DNA from: Octopus vulgaris
Lineage: Eukaryota
Assembly: GCA_951406725.2 (NCBI GenBank)
Contig: OX597824.1
Location: 51,088,001-51,152,000, forward strand
Direction: 5' to 3'
Length of the DNA stretch: 64,000 bases
A model generated the notes under the pieces. It was not told the DNA's origin, did not search any database, and worked only from the letters and a program-made list of their open reading frames with translations. Below, piece after piece: positions 38,912 to 53,146 of this stretch (positions within the stretch are counted from its first letter, which is position 1; each line of letters begins with the position of its first letter). The translations under genes were made by a program, and so were the position numbers.

Positions 38912-40281
38912 TATTTACATTTCGCTTGGGCATAGCGATCCTAATACCTCGCAGTGTTAGATCTCAATACTCATATTCTCCAGAATAAAGTATTTGGCGA
39001 GTACAGAGCGCAATATGAAATAAAACAAATGACAAGGGAACTGAAACAAAATAAATCAACTTCAATAGCTTACAGCTGTTTCTGCTATTATATGTAGTTC
39101 ACTCAGAGCTGAGTACATGAGCATAAGTGTGTAACTTCTTAAGAGCTTCTAGATGCACTGCATTTTATAGCAGAAACAACTCCAAGCAAATAGACTTGAT
39201 TACGTAATTCCTATTTCCTGGTTATTTATATACATTTTATATCTGAGTTTATGTGAGTTTGTATGTGTGTGAGAGAATGTGTGTGTGTGTTTGCATGTGT
39301 GTGCATGTGCGCGTATGTGTATGTAAATGTCCCGAAAGCCCCTGCTACGGGGATTTGTGCAGGACATTCCTAACATGACCTTCAATCTTTCTCCCATATG
39401 TAAGAAACTCAAGACTGCGTTATTGCATTTCCAAAATGCTCTTTAAGGAGATGAGCCAACTATTTCCTACAGGGCGAGGGACCACAGAGATTCATTTGTT
39501 TGGCTCTCATTATGAAGGTAGTAAGTAATGGCGGTTTAGGAAGGAGTAGACAAGGTAGTCGTAGACGGTGGTGGAAGGTGGGAATAGAAGAGGGTAGTCG
39601 TCTTGGTGGTGATGGCGATGTAGTAGCGGTAGTAGTGGTGGGGTTGGGTGGGGTGATGGGATTTTGGGGTTGGTGCTGGTCGGGGTGATGACAGCGGTAA
39701 TGGTGGCAAAGGTGGTGATACCGTTGGAGGTAGTACTTGTGACAACAATGGAGCGGATTGAATGAGGCGGGGGAGCCACGTTGGTGGTGACAGCGATGGG
39801 GATGTATTTATGGAGCAGATGGTGATGATTGTGATGGTGATAGTTGTAGGGATTGTGCTACGCTTAACAGTTCTACAGAAACCTTTTCTTTTTCTTCTTT
39901 TTTTTTTCATTCGTTAAACTATGACAACGACAAATGAACAGTACCTCCGTTTCTGATTGATACAAACATCCAATTTATGATCCCTATTCAACTAGCCATC
40001 AAACCACCCAGCCGCCCACCCAAAAAAACTCCACCTCTTACTGCACCCCACTCCCACAAGCGGAAAGCCCTTCCCCAGCTTCTCACCTCCCACACGCTGA
40101 ACATCAATTTTCAAATAATTCGTCCCTCTTTTCAGCACATTGTATATTTGTTTTATACTTCACACACAAACACACAAACACACACACGCACATACACACA
40201 CGCACATACACACCACTCATACACAAACACAAACTGTCATTCGTTAACACATCCTTACACATACTGTGAATGTGTGCGTGC

Positions 40282-40326
<45 letters not shown>

Positions 40327-40348
40327 TGTGTCTGTGTGTATATGTATG

Positions 40349-40393
<45 letters not shown>

Positions 40394-40401
40394 CACATTC
40401 A

Positions 40402-40437
<36 letters not shown>

Positions 40438-41460
40438 GACACATTATTCGTATAGGCATACATGCACACGTATTTCTTCTATAACCAAATATTGAATAGC
40501 TTTACATTTGAGCGACTATGTTACCATCGTGTACACATTGTTGGGCAGTTCTAGAGCAGACGATGTTATTATAAATTAGGGAGAGAGCAAAGGAACAAAA
40601 CAAGGTCAGCATAAAACGAATACATAAACCATATATGGCGTCTATATTTGAACTTATTTTTCATACATAAGCAACATGCGCCTGCACACACACACACGCA
40701 CACATACACACACACAATTTCAGACACACACAGATTCGCACAAACATTCACATGTACATATAGCTTTGTTTATTTCTGATTCACACATTACTGATCCGGG
40801 ATAACATTGTACGCTCAATTGTGAACCATATTACGCTTATCACAGATTGATCTGTGATAACACGGGTCGGTAATCAGTCAAAGATTCTAGTTATACCACA
40901 AAAATGCACCCTGGCAACCACCCACAATGCTCAGTTATCCAAAATTCACTGACTGTCGACTGTGTTTGCATAACCGTACTATGTGGCAGCATACTTTTTA
41001 ATACAGATTTACATATTCGTTCCTATCGACATGGACTAATGAATAGAAAAAAGTACAACGACACGTACCTTGTCCTAATAAACGAGGCAGATGAGTGTTC
41101 TTTTCAGGAAATGGTAAAGATGATTAAGAAAATATGTGACGGTGAAAGCTTCGCCACTCTGGGCTGCAAGTGTGGCGTCAATGAATTTGCCATTTGATCC
41201 ATTTACAAAGTACGTATAGATGTTTAATTAAACATTTATCACTGAACATTTATGTACACGATAAAAAATTTCATGATGGATGAAGGCATGTGTAAGCTCT
41301 CTTAATACTTGCTGCAAGTGGCACCCATAGTTGCAACATCTGTGTGAAAGAGGGTTGGGCCCTAGTAGGAATGAAAAGCAACAAACTCACGTTTAAAAGA
41401 ACAATCAAACGATGGCATTGCTCAAACTCTGGTTACAGCTATGTATGTATGTATGTATGT

Positions 41461-41885
41461 ACTCTCTTCTACTTTCTGGTTATTATAAATCTTCCACTGA
41501 GGAGGGAGCCGGTTTCCAACAAAGATGCAAAGCTCCATCTTTGGGATGTTGTTAACACAGACAATTTCATATTTGGAACTTGAGAAAAGTCTTGCTAATT
41601 TTTACTGTTCCACTCACAGATTGCCCTTGTAATGTACGAATTAGCCGGTTGATTTCTCTTTCTGAAAATCCCAGTTTATCCAGATTCTCCTTTAAGCATT
41701 TACTAACAAAACTTAGAGCTCCAATTATTATTCGTATGAATATGAATTCATAGTCTGGATATATAAGCTTGAAATTTCGAAGCAGTCCATAGATGTCCTA
41801 TTTTTCTTTGTTTTTCAAGGAGATATTTATATCTGCAGGACTACTGACCTCCATGATGGTGCATACCTTTGCCCCTCTGTCTCTA
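41461..41885 (-). mobile_element. 3' end of an R4/Dong-clade LINE (restriction-like endonuclease C-terminus) within (ATGT)n
   Basis: KVCTIMEVSSPADINI..KEK*DIY..IIIGAL..GTVKISKTFLKF; (ATGT)n on both sides; short second 3' end at 42065-42144. Confidence 0.78.
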
Positions 41886-42194
41886 TTGTATGTATGTATG
41901 TATGTATGTATGTATGTATGTATGTATGTATGTATGTATGTATGTATGCATACATCCCCTATTTATGTATGTATGTATTTATTGTATGTATGTATAAATC
42001 CCCTATTTATATATGTGTGTATGTAAGTGTTTATGCATGTATGTATACATGTATGTATGTATGTTTCTTCTATTTTTTTAATTATTGTAAATCTTCCACT
42101 GAGGAGGGAGCTGGTTTTCATTAAAGATACAAGACTCCATCTTTGTATGTGTGTGTATGTATATATGCATGTATATATTCTTTTATTCTGTTAT

Positions 42195-42390
42195 TCTTTT
42201 GCTTGTTTCAGTCATTTGACTGCGGCCATGCTAGATCACCGCCTTTAGTCGAACAAATCAAACCCATGACTTGTTCTTTGTAAGCCTAGTACTTATTCTA
42301 TCGGTTTCTTTTGCTGAACCGCTAAGTTACGGGGACGTAAACACACCAACATCGGTGTCAAGCGATGGTGGGGGACAAACAGACACAAAT
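42195..42390 (-). mobile_element. SINE family A, 3' half (deleted 5' half at 47504-47543)
   Basis: Homology to the full copy. Confidence 0.88.
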
Positions 42391-42479
42391 ACATACATAC
42401 ATACATACATACATACATACATACATACATACATACATACATACATACATGCATACATACATATGTAATATATATCCTA

Positions 42480-42815
42480 TCTGTCTCTCTCTTCTAGCTT
42501 TTCTCTTGTCACAGAAAATATTTCTCCAGAATTCGCTATTTTAATTTCGTTTGGTCTAACGACCCTACATCTCTGTCTTCGTTCGGTTTCCTTGTATCTC
42601 TCCACTGTCTTGTTTTTGTTACCATCTTTTACCCTCTGCAAAACCCAAATTTTATTTTGGTTTTCGCGAGAGCAACTGCCTTCGAAGACTCTTATTGTCG
42701 TTCAATGCTCGAAATGAGGAGTAGATAGCCGACGACTGACTAAGAGTCGTTCTTTATGTTACTTGTTTTTCATTTGCTCCTCTTGTTGTTTGCGTAGCAA
42801 TTCATTTCTTTTCAT
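42480..42815. mobile_element. unclassified dispersed repeat, second copy at 46372-46755
   Basis: Collinear similarity (ttttctcttgtca..gaaaatatttctc..gagcaactgccttcg..ttcaatgctcgaaatg..tcgttctttatgttacttg). Confidence 0.8.
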
Positions 42816-42917
42816 GCAATAAAGGGTGGAATATAATTAATTCAATAAAATTAATCAATTTCACCTAGTAGATTTATCGGTATGGAAAAGACCATATTTG
42901 GTAAGAGTTATAATAAT

Positions 42918-43407
42918 TATAATTAAGGGTTAAATGCAACAAGTTGCTCAAAACCACATACCGAAAATATTAGAAATAGCAGCCAAAATTGATCACTATT
43001 TCCTCTACTAATAAAAAGTCTCCACAAACAAACAGAATTAGTAAGCTGTATATGGCAAAAAAGGCAGAAAATAACGAAATCCCAGCCTATGGATTAATTA
43101 TAGACGACCCGTTTCTGGATTAGAACCGAAGGTTCATTTCCTTGTCAATATAATATTTCCTATAGATCTAGAAATGCTAGGGGAAAAACTCACCCGTTAC
43201 ACCAGCACGACCAGCGACATCGGACGGGTTAACGGAACTGCTAGCATTCCTACACCTATGCAGACATGCGAATTCATATTTCCCTCTACACCTATGCAGA
43301 CATGCGAAGAGGGAAATATGAATTCGGAAATAGTGATCAATTTTGGCTGCTATTTCTAATATTTTCGGTATGTGGTTTTGAGCAACTTGTTGCATTTAAC
43401 CCTTAAT

Positions 43408-43411
<4 letters not shown>
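42918..43411. repeat. perfect ~86-bp inverted repeat enclosing a 320-bp spacer
   Basis: 42918-43003 is the reverse complement of 43326-43411. Confidence 0.9.
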
Positions 43412-43444
<33 letters not shown>

Positions 43445-43475
43445 CTGTAAAATAATATGTGTCATTTATCTGGCC

Positions 43476-43538
43476 AGATAACCGAAGAGATGGTGTTGTG
43501 GATTTCCACCTCGGCATCCGAAACTCAGAGTTTTATCT
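43476..43538 (+). ncRNA. type I hammerhead-like motif, CCGA core
   Basis: agataa-CCGAAGA-gatg..catcc-GAAA-ctc a gag-TT-ttatct. Confidence 0.7.
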
Positions 43539-43650
43539 TGGCTATTGAATAATTGTCGTATATTATTTTACAGATAAATTTCCTCTATTTACATAATATT
43601 GAGGTCTCTTTCTTTCTTTTGTTATCTTACCGTTTTTACCAATATATATA

Positions 43651-43713
<63 letters not shown>

Positions 43714-43740
43714 GTTTAAATATTTGTTGTGCAAGATTTT

Positions 43741-43828
<88 letters not shown>

Positions 43829-43849
43829 ATATGTATATATATATATATA

Positions 43850-44830
43850 TATATACATACACACAGACATACACACATACACACTCACACAAACATACAC
43901 ACACACATACTTACACACACACTCACCTGCACGCGCACACACATGCATGACAAACACCCATACACTCACACTCACATACGCACACACCAACATAAACACG
44001 CACACGCACACACACACCTACACTCCCACACACATACACACGCACCTACATACACACACGCACGCATACACACGCATACACACATACATTACACACGTAC
44101 ACACACACCTACATACACATGCATACACACACACACACAAACATGCACGGACACACCCAGACATACATACATACACCTATATACACACGCCCACACACCT
44201 ACATACACACACATATACACACGCCCACACAGCTACATACACACACATACATACACACATACACGGACACACCCATACATACTTACATACATACACCTAT
44301 ACACACACGCCTACACACCTACACACACACATGCATACACACACACATGTACGCACATACACACACATATACGCACACACATATATACCCACACACATGC
44401 ACACACACACACATACGCACATACATGCACGCATGCACACGCGCACACCTACACGCATACACACACACACACGCACGTACACATACATACATACACACAC
44501 GCATACATACACCCATACACATACATGCATCCTACACACACATACATACACACTCACACATACATACACACACACGCACTCACTCACACACATGTATGTT
44601 CGCGCACACACATGCACATACACACACTTCCCCACACCCACACGTACATACATACACACTCATACACACATACACACACACACACACACACGGACATACA
44701 TATATGCACACACATATATACACACATACTCACATACATTCATCGGACACACTGCCACCCAGACATACACACAGACACACTCACACATCCACACACACAC
44801 ATACGTACGCGCACACTCGCAGGCGCGCGC
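43850..44830 (+). repeat. ~1-kb degenerate CA/CATA low-complexity tract
   Basis: Direct reading; source of the 516/467/393-aa His/Thr ORFs. Confidence 0.9.
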
Positions 44831-46047
44831 ACACACGCGCTTGCGCCGGTTCGCGCACGCATGCGCGCCGCATGCACCTCGCCCTTGGACCCGACGAGAC
44901 CTCCCGCCCGTTCCTGGGATGTCGCTTGTCGTTGGGTTTTCCCACGCCCGTCTCCGCGGGACCACTCTTCCATCTTCCCCTCCGCTGGAGTCTTTTTCCT
45001 AACCCCCCCCCCCTTTTTTTCGTTACACACACGCGCACACATATACACACATTGCTTAAACATATACATTACTCTTACACACATTCAATCTACTCGCCAC
45101 TAATACTACCACGACACTGGACACACACACACACTACTACTCAACACACGCTGGCACGCTACATACGCCCCCACCCCTTCCCCTCCCTCCCTTCCTCCTT
45201 CCTCCCTTTTCTCACTACTGACCTTTGTCTGCTATGCTGCTGCTATGCTGACCACCGTCTCGCCCTACCTCACACGCCTACACACAGACGCACACACTAA
45301 CACATACATATATTTTTTTTTTTTTTACCTCGCCTCACACACACACATACACACACGCACACGCACACACTCACACATACACACACATCTGTTGCGTTAC
45401 CAACCTTGTCTCCACTCTTTTGCCTTTAAAAACCCACTTTGCTCTTGTTATCGTAAACATCCGCCTTTCACCATGTGCTACTCCTAACACCAGTCGTTTT
45501 TTTCTCTATCTCCGTTGCCCGCTCCGGGATCTTTCTTTCCTCTCTCTTCCTTCTTTATGTTTCCGACGAAGAGCTCCGCTCGAAACGTCATACCTCCCTG
45601 CTTCCATTTCCTGAGCGCCTATTAATAATAATACTGTAATTGTTCCATTGTTGTTGTTTTTTTGTTTCCCGTTTGGATTAAAATTATATATATATATATA
45701 TATATATAGGTGATAAATAAAAATATATGCATACATACAAACATATATGTACGTACCTACATCTACATGTATATATACATGCATATATAAATAATTATAC
45801 GTGAGTACAGGACATCACAATAAGACGTAGAAACGGAAAAAAACAAAAAACAAAAAACAAGAAAACGAAAAACGAAAAACAAGAGAACGAAAAAACAATT
45901 ACAGGACGAGCTACACAAGGACAAAACCCCCGTCATCAGCTGTCGCTAGTGGAGTCAGGCATGTTTCGAAGGCATAGACAGATATATACATACATATATA
46001 TATATATGTATATATACATACATATATATATATATGTATATATGTAT

Positions 46048-46089
<42 letters not shown>

Positions 46090-46244
46090 TATTTATATTA
46101 TTATTTGATTCAACGCCACGTTTATCTTAATAATTTTGATGCGACACTACCTTATACTTTTCTCTCTAATTCCTTTCTTCTCCCCTTCACCGTTTTCTCT
46201 CTCCCTCTCTCTCCCTCTTTTTTTCTTTACACCCTCTCTGTCTC

Positions 46245-46276
<32 letters not shown>

Positions 46277-46757
46277 GTTGCTCACACCTGACCATCGTCC
46301 ATGTTTCTTTTCCTCACGTGATCATCTTTCTTTTCCCCCAAGGCTGTCGTAGAGACTGCACGTATCCTGTGTGTCTGTCTCTTCTATCTTTTCTCTTGTC
46401 AAAGAAAATATTTCTCGAGTGTTCGCTATTGTAATTTCGTCTGGTTTAACGACACTCGATGTTTGTTTTCGTTCGGTTTCCTTGTATATCACCACTGTCC
46501 TGTTTTTGCTACCAACATTGATCTTCCGTAAATTCCAAATTATATTTTGGTTTTGCAGGAGCAACTGCCTTCGGAGATTCTTATTGTCTTTCAATGCTCG
46601 AAATGGGGAGTGGATGGACAGCCGACAACTGATGAAGAATCGTTCTTTATGTTACTTGTCCTATTTTTTATTTATTCTTCTCGTTGTTTGCGTATCAACT
46701 CATTTGTTTTCGTATTTCATGTTGTTTACGGTTTGTGACGTACTGTACCCATATATG

Positions 46758-46840
<83 letters not shown>

Positions 46841-46981
46841 GAGTGTATTTTACCTTGTTAACAATTAACACGGATAAATGAATGAATAGTTACCAGGGCA
46901 GTAAAATCTCACAAGTAAAGATGTTGTAACTCCTTGTTTATAAAGGTTGAAACTTCGTGTTTACGTTGAATATTTGAATAA

Positions 46982-47466
46982 TAGGAATAAAAAATGGAGT
47001 CAACGCAGGTTTAAACAAGTATTTTTTCTTTCTACATATGTTTCAAAAATTCCACTGATACTTATTCAAAAGAATAAAAGGTATAAACAATGCAATCTTC
47101 TCTTCGGGAAAGTGAAAAAACGAAACTTGTCAATACGACATTTTAGCAAAAAATGATGGATTCGTATAGCGATAGACAGAACGCTATTAATATTGTTATA
47201 TAAAAAAAACGTTATATGATATAACGTCATAAGTAGCTAACAGAAAGAGTAGGGATATTAATAGTGAATGTTAAATATAAATTCGCTATACGAATCCATC
47301 ATTTTTTGCTAAAATGTCGTATTGACAAGTTTCGTTTTTTCACTTTCCCGAAGAGAATTGCATTGTTTATACCTTTTATTCTTTTGAATAAGTATCAGTG
47401 GAATTTTTGAAACATATGTAGAAAGAAAAAATACTTGTTTAAACCTGCGTTGACTCCATTTTTATT

Positions 47467-47471
<5 letters not shown>
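46982..47471. repeat. ~190-bp near-perfect inverted repeat, each arm with a hammerhead-like motif
   Basis: Arms 46982-47172 and 47283-47471. Confidence 0.92.
47343..47425 (+). ncRNA. type I hammerhead-like motif, CCGA core (mirror copy 47028-47112 on minus)
   Basis: ctttc-CCGAAGA-gaatt..aattttt-GAAA-catatg-TA-gaaag; palindromic ACATATGT stem III. Confidence 0.75.
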
Positions 47472-47507
<36 letters not shown>

Positions 47508-48702
47508 GACGGGATTCTTTCAGTTTCCGACTCCTGCGCCTGTATTATGCAAGTTGTGATAGGCATGGCTGATATACCTTTGATCATAGTTTCGCTCGAA
47601 CAAAACTGACCTGGACTTAAACAGTGACAGACATGGATAGATTTGAATAGTGGAGACGGTGAAATATGTGTCTACTGTCCAGTCTGTCTTATAGCGTATT
47701 TGAATGTAATGTGTGGTCTTCATCCAGAAGGAAGTATTGGTGTGTCTGGAAAAGTAGCTTTGGAGATCACACCTCAGCGACCACTGTACGCACGGGGTTT
47801 CGTAGCAATTCTCTGTAGCTATTTCTCATTTATTCGACCATTTCTTTTCTCATTCCTTTCTTCCTCTCCACCATCCTATCCCGCTCTCTCCGTACTCAAA
47901 CACTTACTACTTCCATGCAAACCTACGTGCATATACACGTACACTAACATGAATAAACGTCTTGACATACAAAATCTCTGTTTAAGATTTCATTTATAGA
48001 AATTCTTAATTATCTCTGTGGTATGTGTAGGTATTTAACACATGGGTTGGTAGGCGTAGATAAAAGGTCAGTGTGGCCCACTGAAGGCCATCTCCGCCCA
48101 CTCTTGTTCTTCAATGTGTTTTATTTCTATAGAACCACTGTTAAACATTAATAAATTGGTATTAGCAGGGAGATACAGATGCATGGACATATGTCCGTGT
48201 GTGTGTTTATAATGAATAGAGAGTGAAGAAAAGAGTGTAATTAAAGGGAGAGATATGAGAAAGAAGGGGAGGGTTAAGTGTAAAATGAAAAGTGAGCAAG
48301 GTAAGAAGCAAATGACTGTACTTGTGTCAGTGTGTTTTGATGTAAGTGTGAATGCGTGTATATATGAGTACCTATTGTAGCAAGTGTGTACGTGTATGTG
48401 TGTGTGTGTGTGTCTGTGCGCGAGCGCGAGTGTATGCGTTATGAAAGAAACAGAGGTAAACATCAAACTAGAGATGGAGAGATAAAGAAAGAGAAAGACG
48501 GAGTAAGAGAGAGGGACTTTAAGGTAAATGCCATGTGATCAAATGAAGAAATAAATAGTTTGCACTGCTCTGTGTGCATGTGTGTGTGTGCGCGCGTGTA
48601 TGTGGATGTGTGTGTGTGTGTCAGTGTGTGCATATGTATATGTATGTAGTTATGCATGTACGTATACACACACATATTTAAGGAGAAAGAGGCGTATATA
48701 TA

Positions 48703-48749
<47 letters not shown>

Positions 48750-49324
48750 GTATATGTTTATTTACACAAATACAGGTATATCTAATACCATACAAAATAA
48801 ATTTGTTATCTACAAAAAGGATCTCTGCGACTAGATGTGTCACAACTGCCAAATGGTGACTGAGATCAGCTCCATATAAGAAAGGGAGAAAATCTCAAGA
48901 ATCACGATTTCTCCAAAGTTGACACGATTCAAAGGAAAAGAATTGGCTTATTGTCTAGAGGTAAGTGGACAATTATGGACATATGTTTCTGTCTTTATAA
49001 GTGTCATAAGCACGTGAATTGTCCTAATTTCTAATTTCTTTTATTGAGTACAATGGCGTACATAAAAACACATATCGTACGAAATTATGGATACAATGAA
49101 AAATGAGGATGGAATGACTTACCCGCCACTCTAAATACATTCTTCATTTTCGCAATCTTTTTTTCTACCTCTACACTTTTTGTGTATTGTATCATATTTC
49201 TTACTTGTTTTCCTTTCGGTCTCTCTCTCTCTCTGGTTTTCTTCACCAATCTCTTCTACTGTTGCTAGTATTTCTATCTCTATATGTCTCTCATTCTTTA
49301 TTGTTATCATTTCTCTTTTATCTT

Positions 49325-50328
49325 CCCAATCAGCCAATCTGGTCCTTCCAGATATTTTGAAAATGACCGGGTGTAGGTACCCGGTGATTCTTGAGGGTCA
49401 CCTCCCCCCCACCCCAGGTGTCTGGAGCCTGGCCGTATAAAGAAAAACTGTCCCCAGGAACAAAGTAAGGTCCTGGAGCAGTTGGTTGAAACCTCTGTAG
49501 AAGAGGGAATGAAGGCGGCCGAGGAGGGGAAGGACTCCTCAAAGAAGGGCCGCGAGAGGAAGAAGGTGAGCAACAATGGGTGCTCACCGAAGGATCCTAG
49601 GGATGAGGGAGTGGAGGTGAATATCCCAGTCACGTGGGAAGAAAAAATAAGAGGAACATTGCCGGCAGTCGGTGACATTGTACCGGAATGTTCCGGAACC
49701 TAGTCGGTAGCGAAGAGACACCACTGTCGGGAATTGTGCCGCCAACGGTGGAATTGACTATCCACCCCCTGAGGGAGACGAATTATTGGTCTTCTTCTAT
49801 TGAGGCGGAGAGGTAGAAAAGGTGGTGGAAAAGCACCATAAGGGAGCACACAGGATCCCAAATGGCCTCCGCGGATAGCTGTGGAGGTCATAATGTTGCC
49901 CGTGATGTATAGGCTGAAGGGACTCATTGAGGAATATCGCTTGTGGCCGGGCGATGCCGACACGGCATACGCTTTGATCTTGAATGAGGTGTGGGTGATG
50001 GCGGAGTATGCGGGCACAAGCGATGTTGAGGAGGAATAGTGATAAGAAGTTGAAAAGCCTCAGTCTTATTGAAAGTTCCGAGTTTGGAAAGAAAGGTAAG
50101 AGGCTTAGCGCCTCATTTTGTTACTGAATTTTGTTATTGAATATTGTGAACAGTGTAGAGGTTTGTTGCCTCATGAACAATATACAAGAGATCAATGTTC
50201 TCGGGAAAAATCGATCGGCGGGCGTCGCTTTTTTGCCCCCATTAATCAACATTTTCATTTCATATAACATTATAAGCCCGCAGCTTCCTTTCTCTGTGTA
50301 AGGCCTTATGGCCAATATAATGAAATAA
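49325..50328 (+). mobile_element. 5'-truncated second copy of the ORF1-only element
   Basis: MTGCRYPVILEG..ETSVEEGMKAAEEGKDSSKKGRERKKVSNNGCSPKDPRDEG aligns with copy 1; 3' UTR homologous up to ttatggc..gaaataa. Confidence 0.88.
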
Positions 50329-50697
50329 AGAAGCTTGCTTCGCAACCAGATAATTCCGGATTTAGTCCCACGACGTGGAACGTTAGGCAAGTGTCTTTTG
50401 GGGCTAACCAAAGCCTTCTGAGTGGATTTGGTGGATGGGGACTGAAAGAATCCCATCAAATATCTATAATATATATGTTTGTGTGTGTGTATGTGTGTGT
50501 GTGTGTGTGTCAGTCCGTTTGTCTGTGTTTGTCCCCACCTCCGCTTGACTACCAGTATTGGTGTCTTTACATCCCCTTAGTTTAGCGGTTCGGCAAAAGA
50601 CCGATAGAATAAGAATTGGGGTCGATTCGTTCGACTAAAATTTTGCAAGAAGGTGCCTCAGAATGGTCGCAGTATAATAGCTAAAACAAGTAACAGA
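50329..50697 (+). mobile_element. SINE family A lacking its first ~27 nt
   Basis: Begins gaagcttgcttcgcaacc directly after the ORF1-only element. Confidence 0.85.
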
Positions 50698-50841
50698 TAG
50701 AAGATAAAAACAGTTATACATACATATTACATACATAAATATATGAATATGTATGTATATAAATATATGTATATATAAATATGTGTATATATGTACTTAT
50801 ACACATATATATACACACATCGGTATATGTATGTGTTTGTA

Positions 50842-50901
<60 letters not shown>

Positions 50902-51295
50902 AATCTATCTATGTGTCACTTTTTCTTTATATATGTGTGTGCGTGTACGCGCACGCGAGTGTGTGCATCATACAAAAACAGGCAGAGAGGTCAGTTCAGA
51001 CAATTAGAAGTGACCATTGGTGGTTTGACAGGAAACAGCAGGAAAGAGAGGATGACATCAAACAACAAAGGCGTCTTTCTCAAATTACTTGCACCAACAG
51101 CTTTATTATTACTAACTACGATATCATCACCACCAAGAACAACACGACTACAACGCTACTACTACTACTGCTACTTCGACTACTATCACCAAATCTGGGA
51201 CAATTGTTTGCTGCTAGTCATGATGATGATGTTGACGCCGACGACGACGGTGAGGAGGATGCGGAGGAGGAGGGTGATGAGGAGGAGGACAAGGG

Positions 51296-51326
<31 letters not shown>

Positions 51327-52270
51327 AGGCGGAGGAGGAGGCCGAGGAAGACGATGACGGTGTTGGTACTGATGATGCTTCACTACCTGCTGTTAGAAAT
51401 TTCACACTTGGTGATTTACAAAAAGATACTAATAGAGATAAAACAGAGCTTGTTAAGAGGGAGGTGGGGAAATGACCTGCGCCAGCAAGCAGAATGTTGA
51501 TAGAGAACGGACATAAGAGAATGTTTAAGGTAAACGAAAGGAGGGCGGTGAATGTGACGTTTCATGGGTCGTAGGTCTTGCGGAGTGGAGTGCAAGAGTG
51601 TACGTATGCGTGGTTTTGAAGGCGATGGGGGTGAGTGGGGGTTGAGTCGAAATGACTAAAGACATGGTGATTTGCAGCGGCCATAGGGCGTGAGTAACAA
51701 AGAAATACAGGAACGCCAATGAAAACATTAAGACATATGGTGGAAGTTTTGATGGGTGGCAAGAAAGATATTTATATAGTATACATTGTATTTGATGTTG
51801 TTGTTGTTCGTATATTTATGTTGTTGTTCGTATATTTATGTTGTTGTTGTTTGTTGTTGTTACTGCTGCTGTTTTGGTACCCCTTCTTCCCCTCATCAGG
51901 TCAACACAGATCAAGCGAGACTTTGTTTATTCTATTCCGATGAACACATGTTTCATACAGTATGTATTTTTAATTGACTGCAATTGTTGTATCTCTATTT
52001 CACAAGATGTTAATTTGTCTCTTGCATGTTCTTGGATGTTAAGTGTAGTCTTAACATCCAAGACTACACTTTTTCTAGAAGTGTTGGGCACGCTGTTCTT
52101 TGCAAACGGTGATATTTGTTGAGAGATGTCTTTAGCTGAGTCTTGAAACAGTCTTAATTAGATTACATACGTGCATACATGCACACAGACATACATACAT
52201 AGATACATACACACAGACATACATACACGCACACATCTATCTATCTATTTATCTATCTACATATACATAA

Positions 52271-52308
<38 letters not shown>

Positions 52309-52583
52309 ACACACAGATTGCTTAGGTATGTTTAGAATGTTATAAGAAATATATTGACATTTGTCTTATTCATTATATGCACACAAGACGATAATTCTTC
52401 CCTTCATCTATCACCACTTTTTTCCTGTCTGAAGATGTATTTGTTTGGTTGGTTAGTAAAGCACAGACATAGGTGAATGGTGAAGTGCAATTCCTAGTCA
52501 CAATGTCCCAGACTCGATCCCGCAGCAATCCACTTTTGGCAAATGTATTCTATCATAGTCTCAGGTCTGTCTAAACGTTCTAA

Positions 52584-53146
52584 ATGAAATTGCACAGACA
52601 AAAATTTACAAAAGACTATCGGATAGACAGCATTCAGCATAAAATCATTAAAAGCTACAAACAACCTAAATCACTTAAAAAGATTCTCACAAAGGCAAAA
52701 TTGTTTTCTGAAATTACGGATGCAAAAGTAAAAAAATGTGGTAGACCAAACTGCGCAACATGCCCAAACCTTCTAGAAGGATCAGAATTCCTTTTCAAAG
52801 AGGGACAAAAATTCAAGATCAGATCTAATTTTACTTGTGCTTCTGAAAACATAATTTATGTCATAAGGTGCTCGGGCTGCCACCAAAACTACGTGGGGTC
52901 CACGGGATTATCACTCAGACGAAGATGCACTCTGCATTCCCAGAATACAGAATGATACCCTTTACTGAGCATATTGAGAAATGCGCAAAGCAACTACTAC
53001 CACAATTTTTAATCTTTCCATTCTATCAATGTGCTATTGGAACACCAACACAAATTAGATTAAACAAGGAAACATTCTTCATTGAAAAATATAAGCCTGA
53101 ACTTAACCATCCTAACATTCTTATACAGAGAAACTCATCTCATTAA
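52584..53146 (+). pseudogene. Penelope-like GIY-YIG endonuclease with preceding Zn-finger linker, one frameshift
   Basis: KQPKSLKKILTKAK..KCGRPNCATC..FTCASENIIYVIRCSGCHQNYVGSTGLSLRRR..H / RLNKETFFIEKYKPELN. Confidence 0.9.

Noticed and set aside
39055-39200. Imperfect inverted repeat with GAAA-cagctg-TA, possible hammerhead
   Set aside because: No recognisable CUGANGA core at the correct spacing; too decayed to call.
40780-41300. Complex sequence with a 97-aa ORF, possible exon
   Set aside because: No recognisable homology or clear splice pattern; cannot be supported without a search.
43553-45300. Longest ORFs (516, 467, 393 aa), His/Thr/Tyr-rich
   Set aside because: Stop-free translation of TA and CA repeats in all three frames; no domain content. 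The adjoining 44830-45500 also looks like low-quality sequence.
50781-51500. 239-aa ORF with acidic tract
   Set aside because: Chain of (CTAT)n, (CTA)n, (GAT)n and (GAG)n repeats; no splice or domain evidence.
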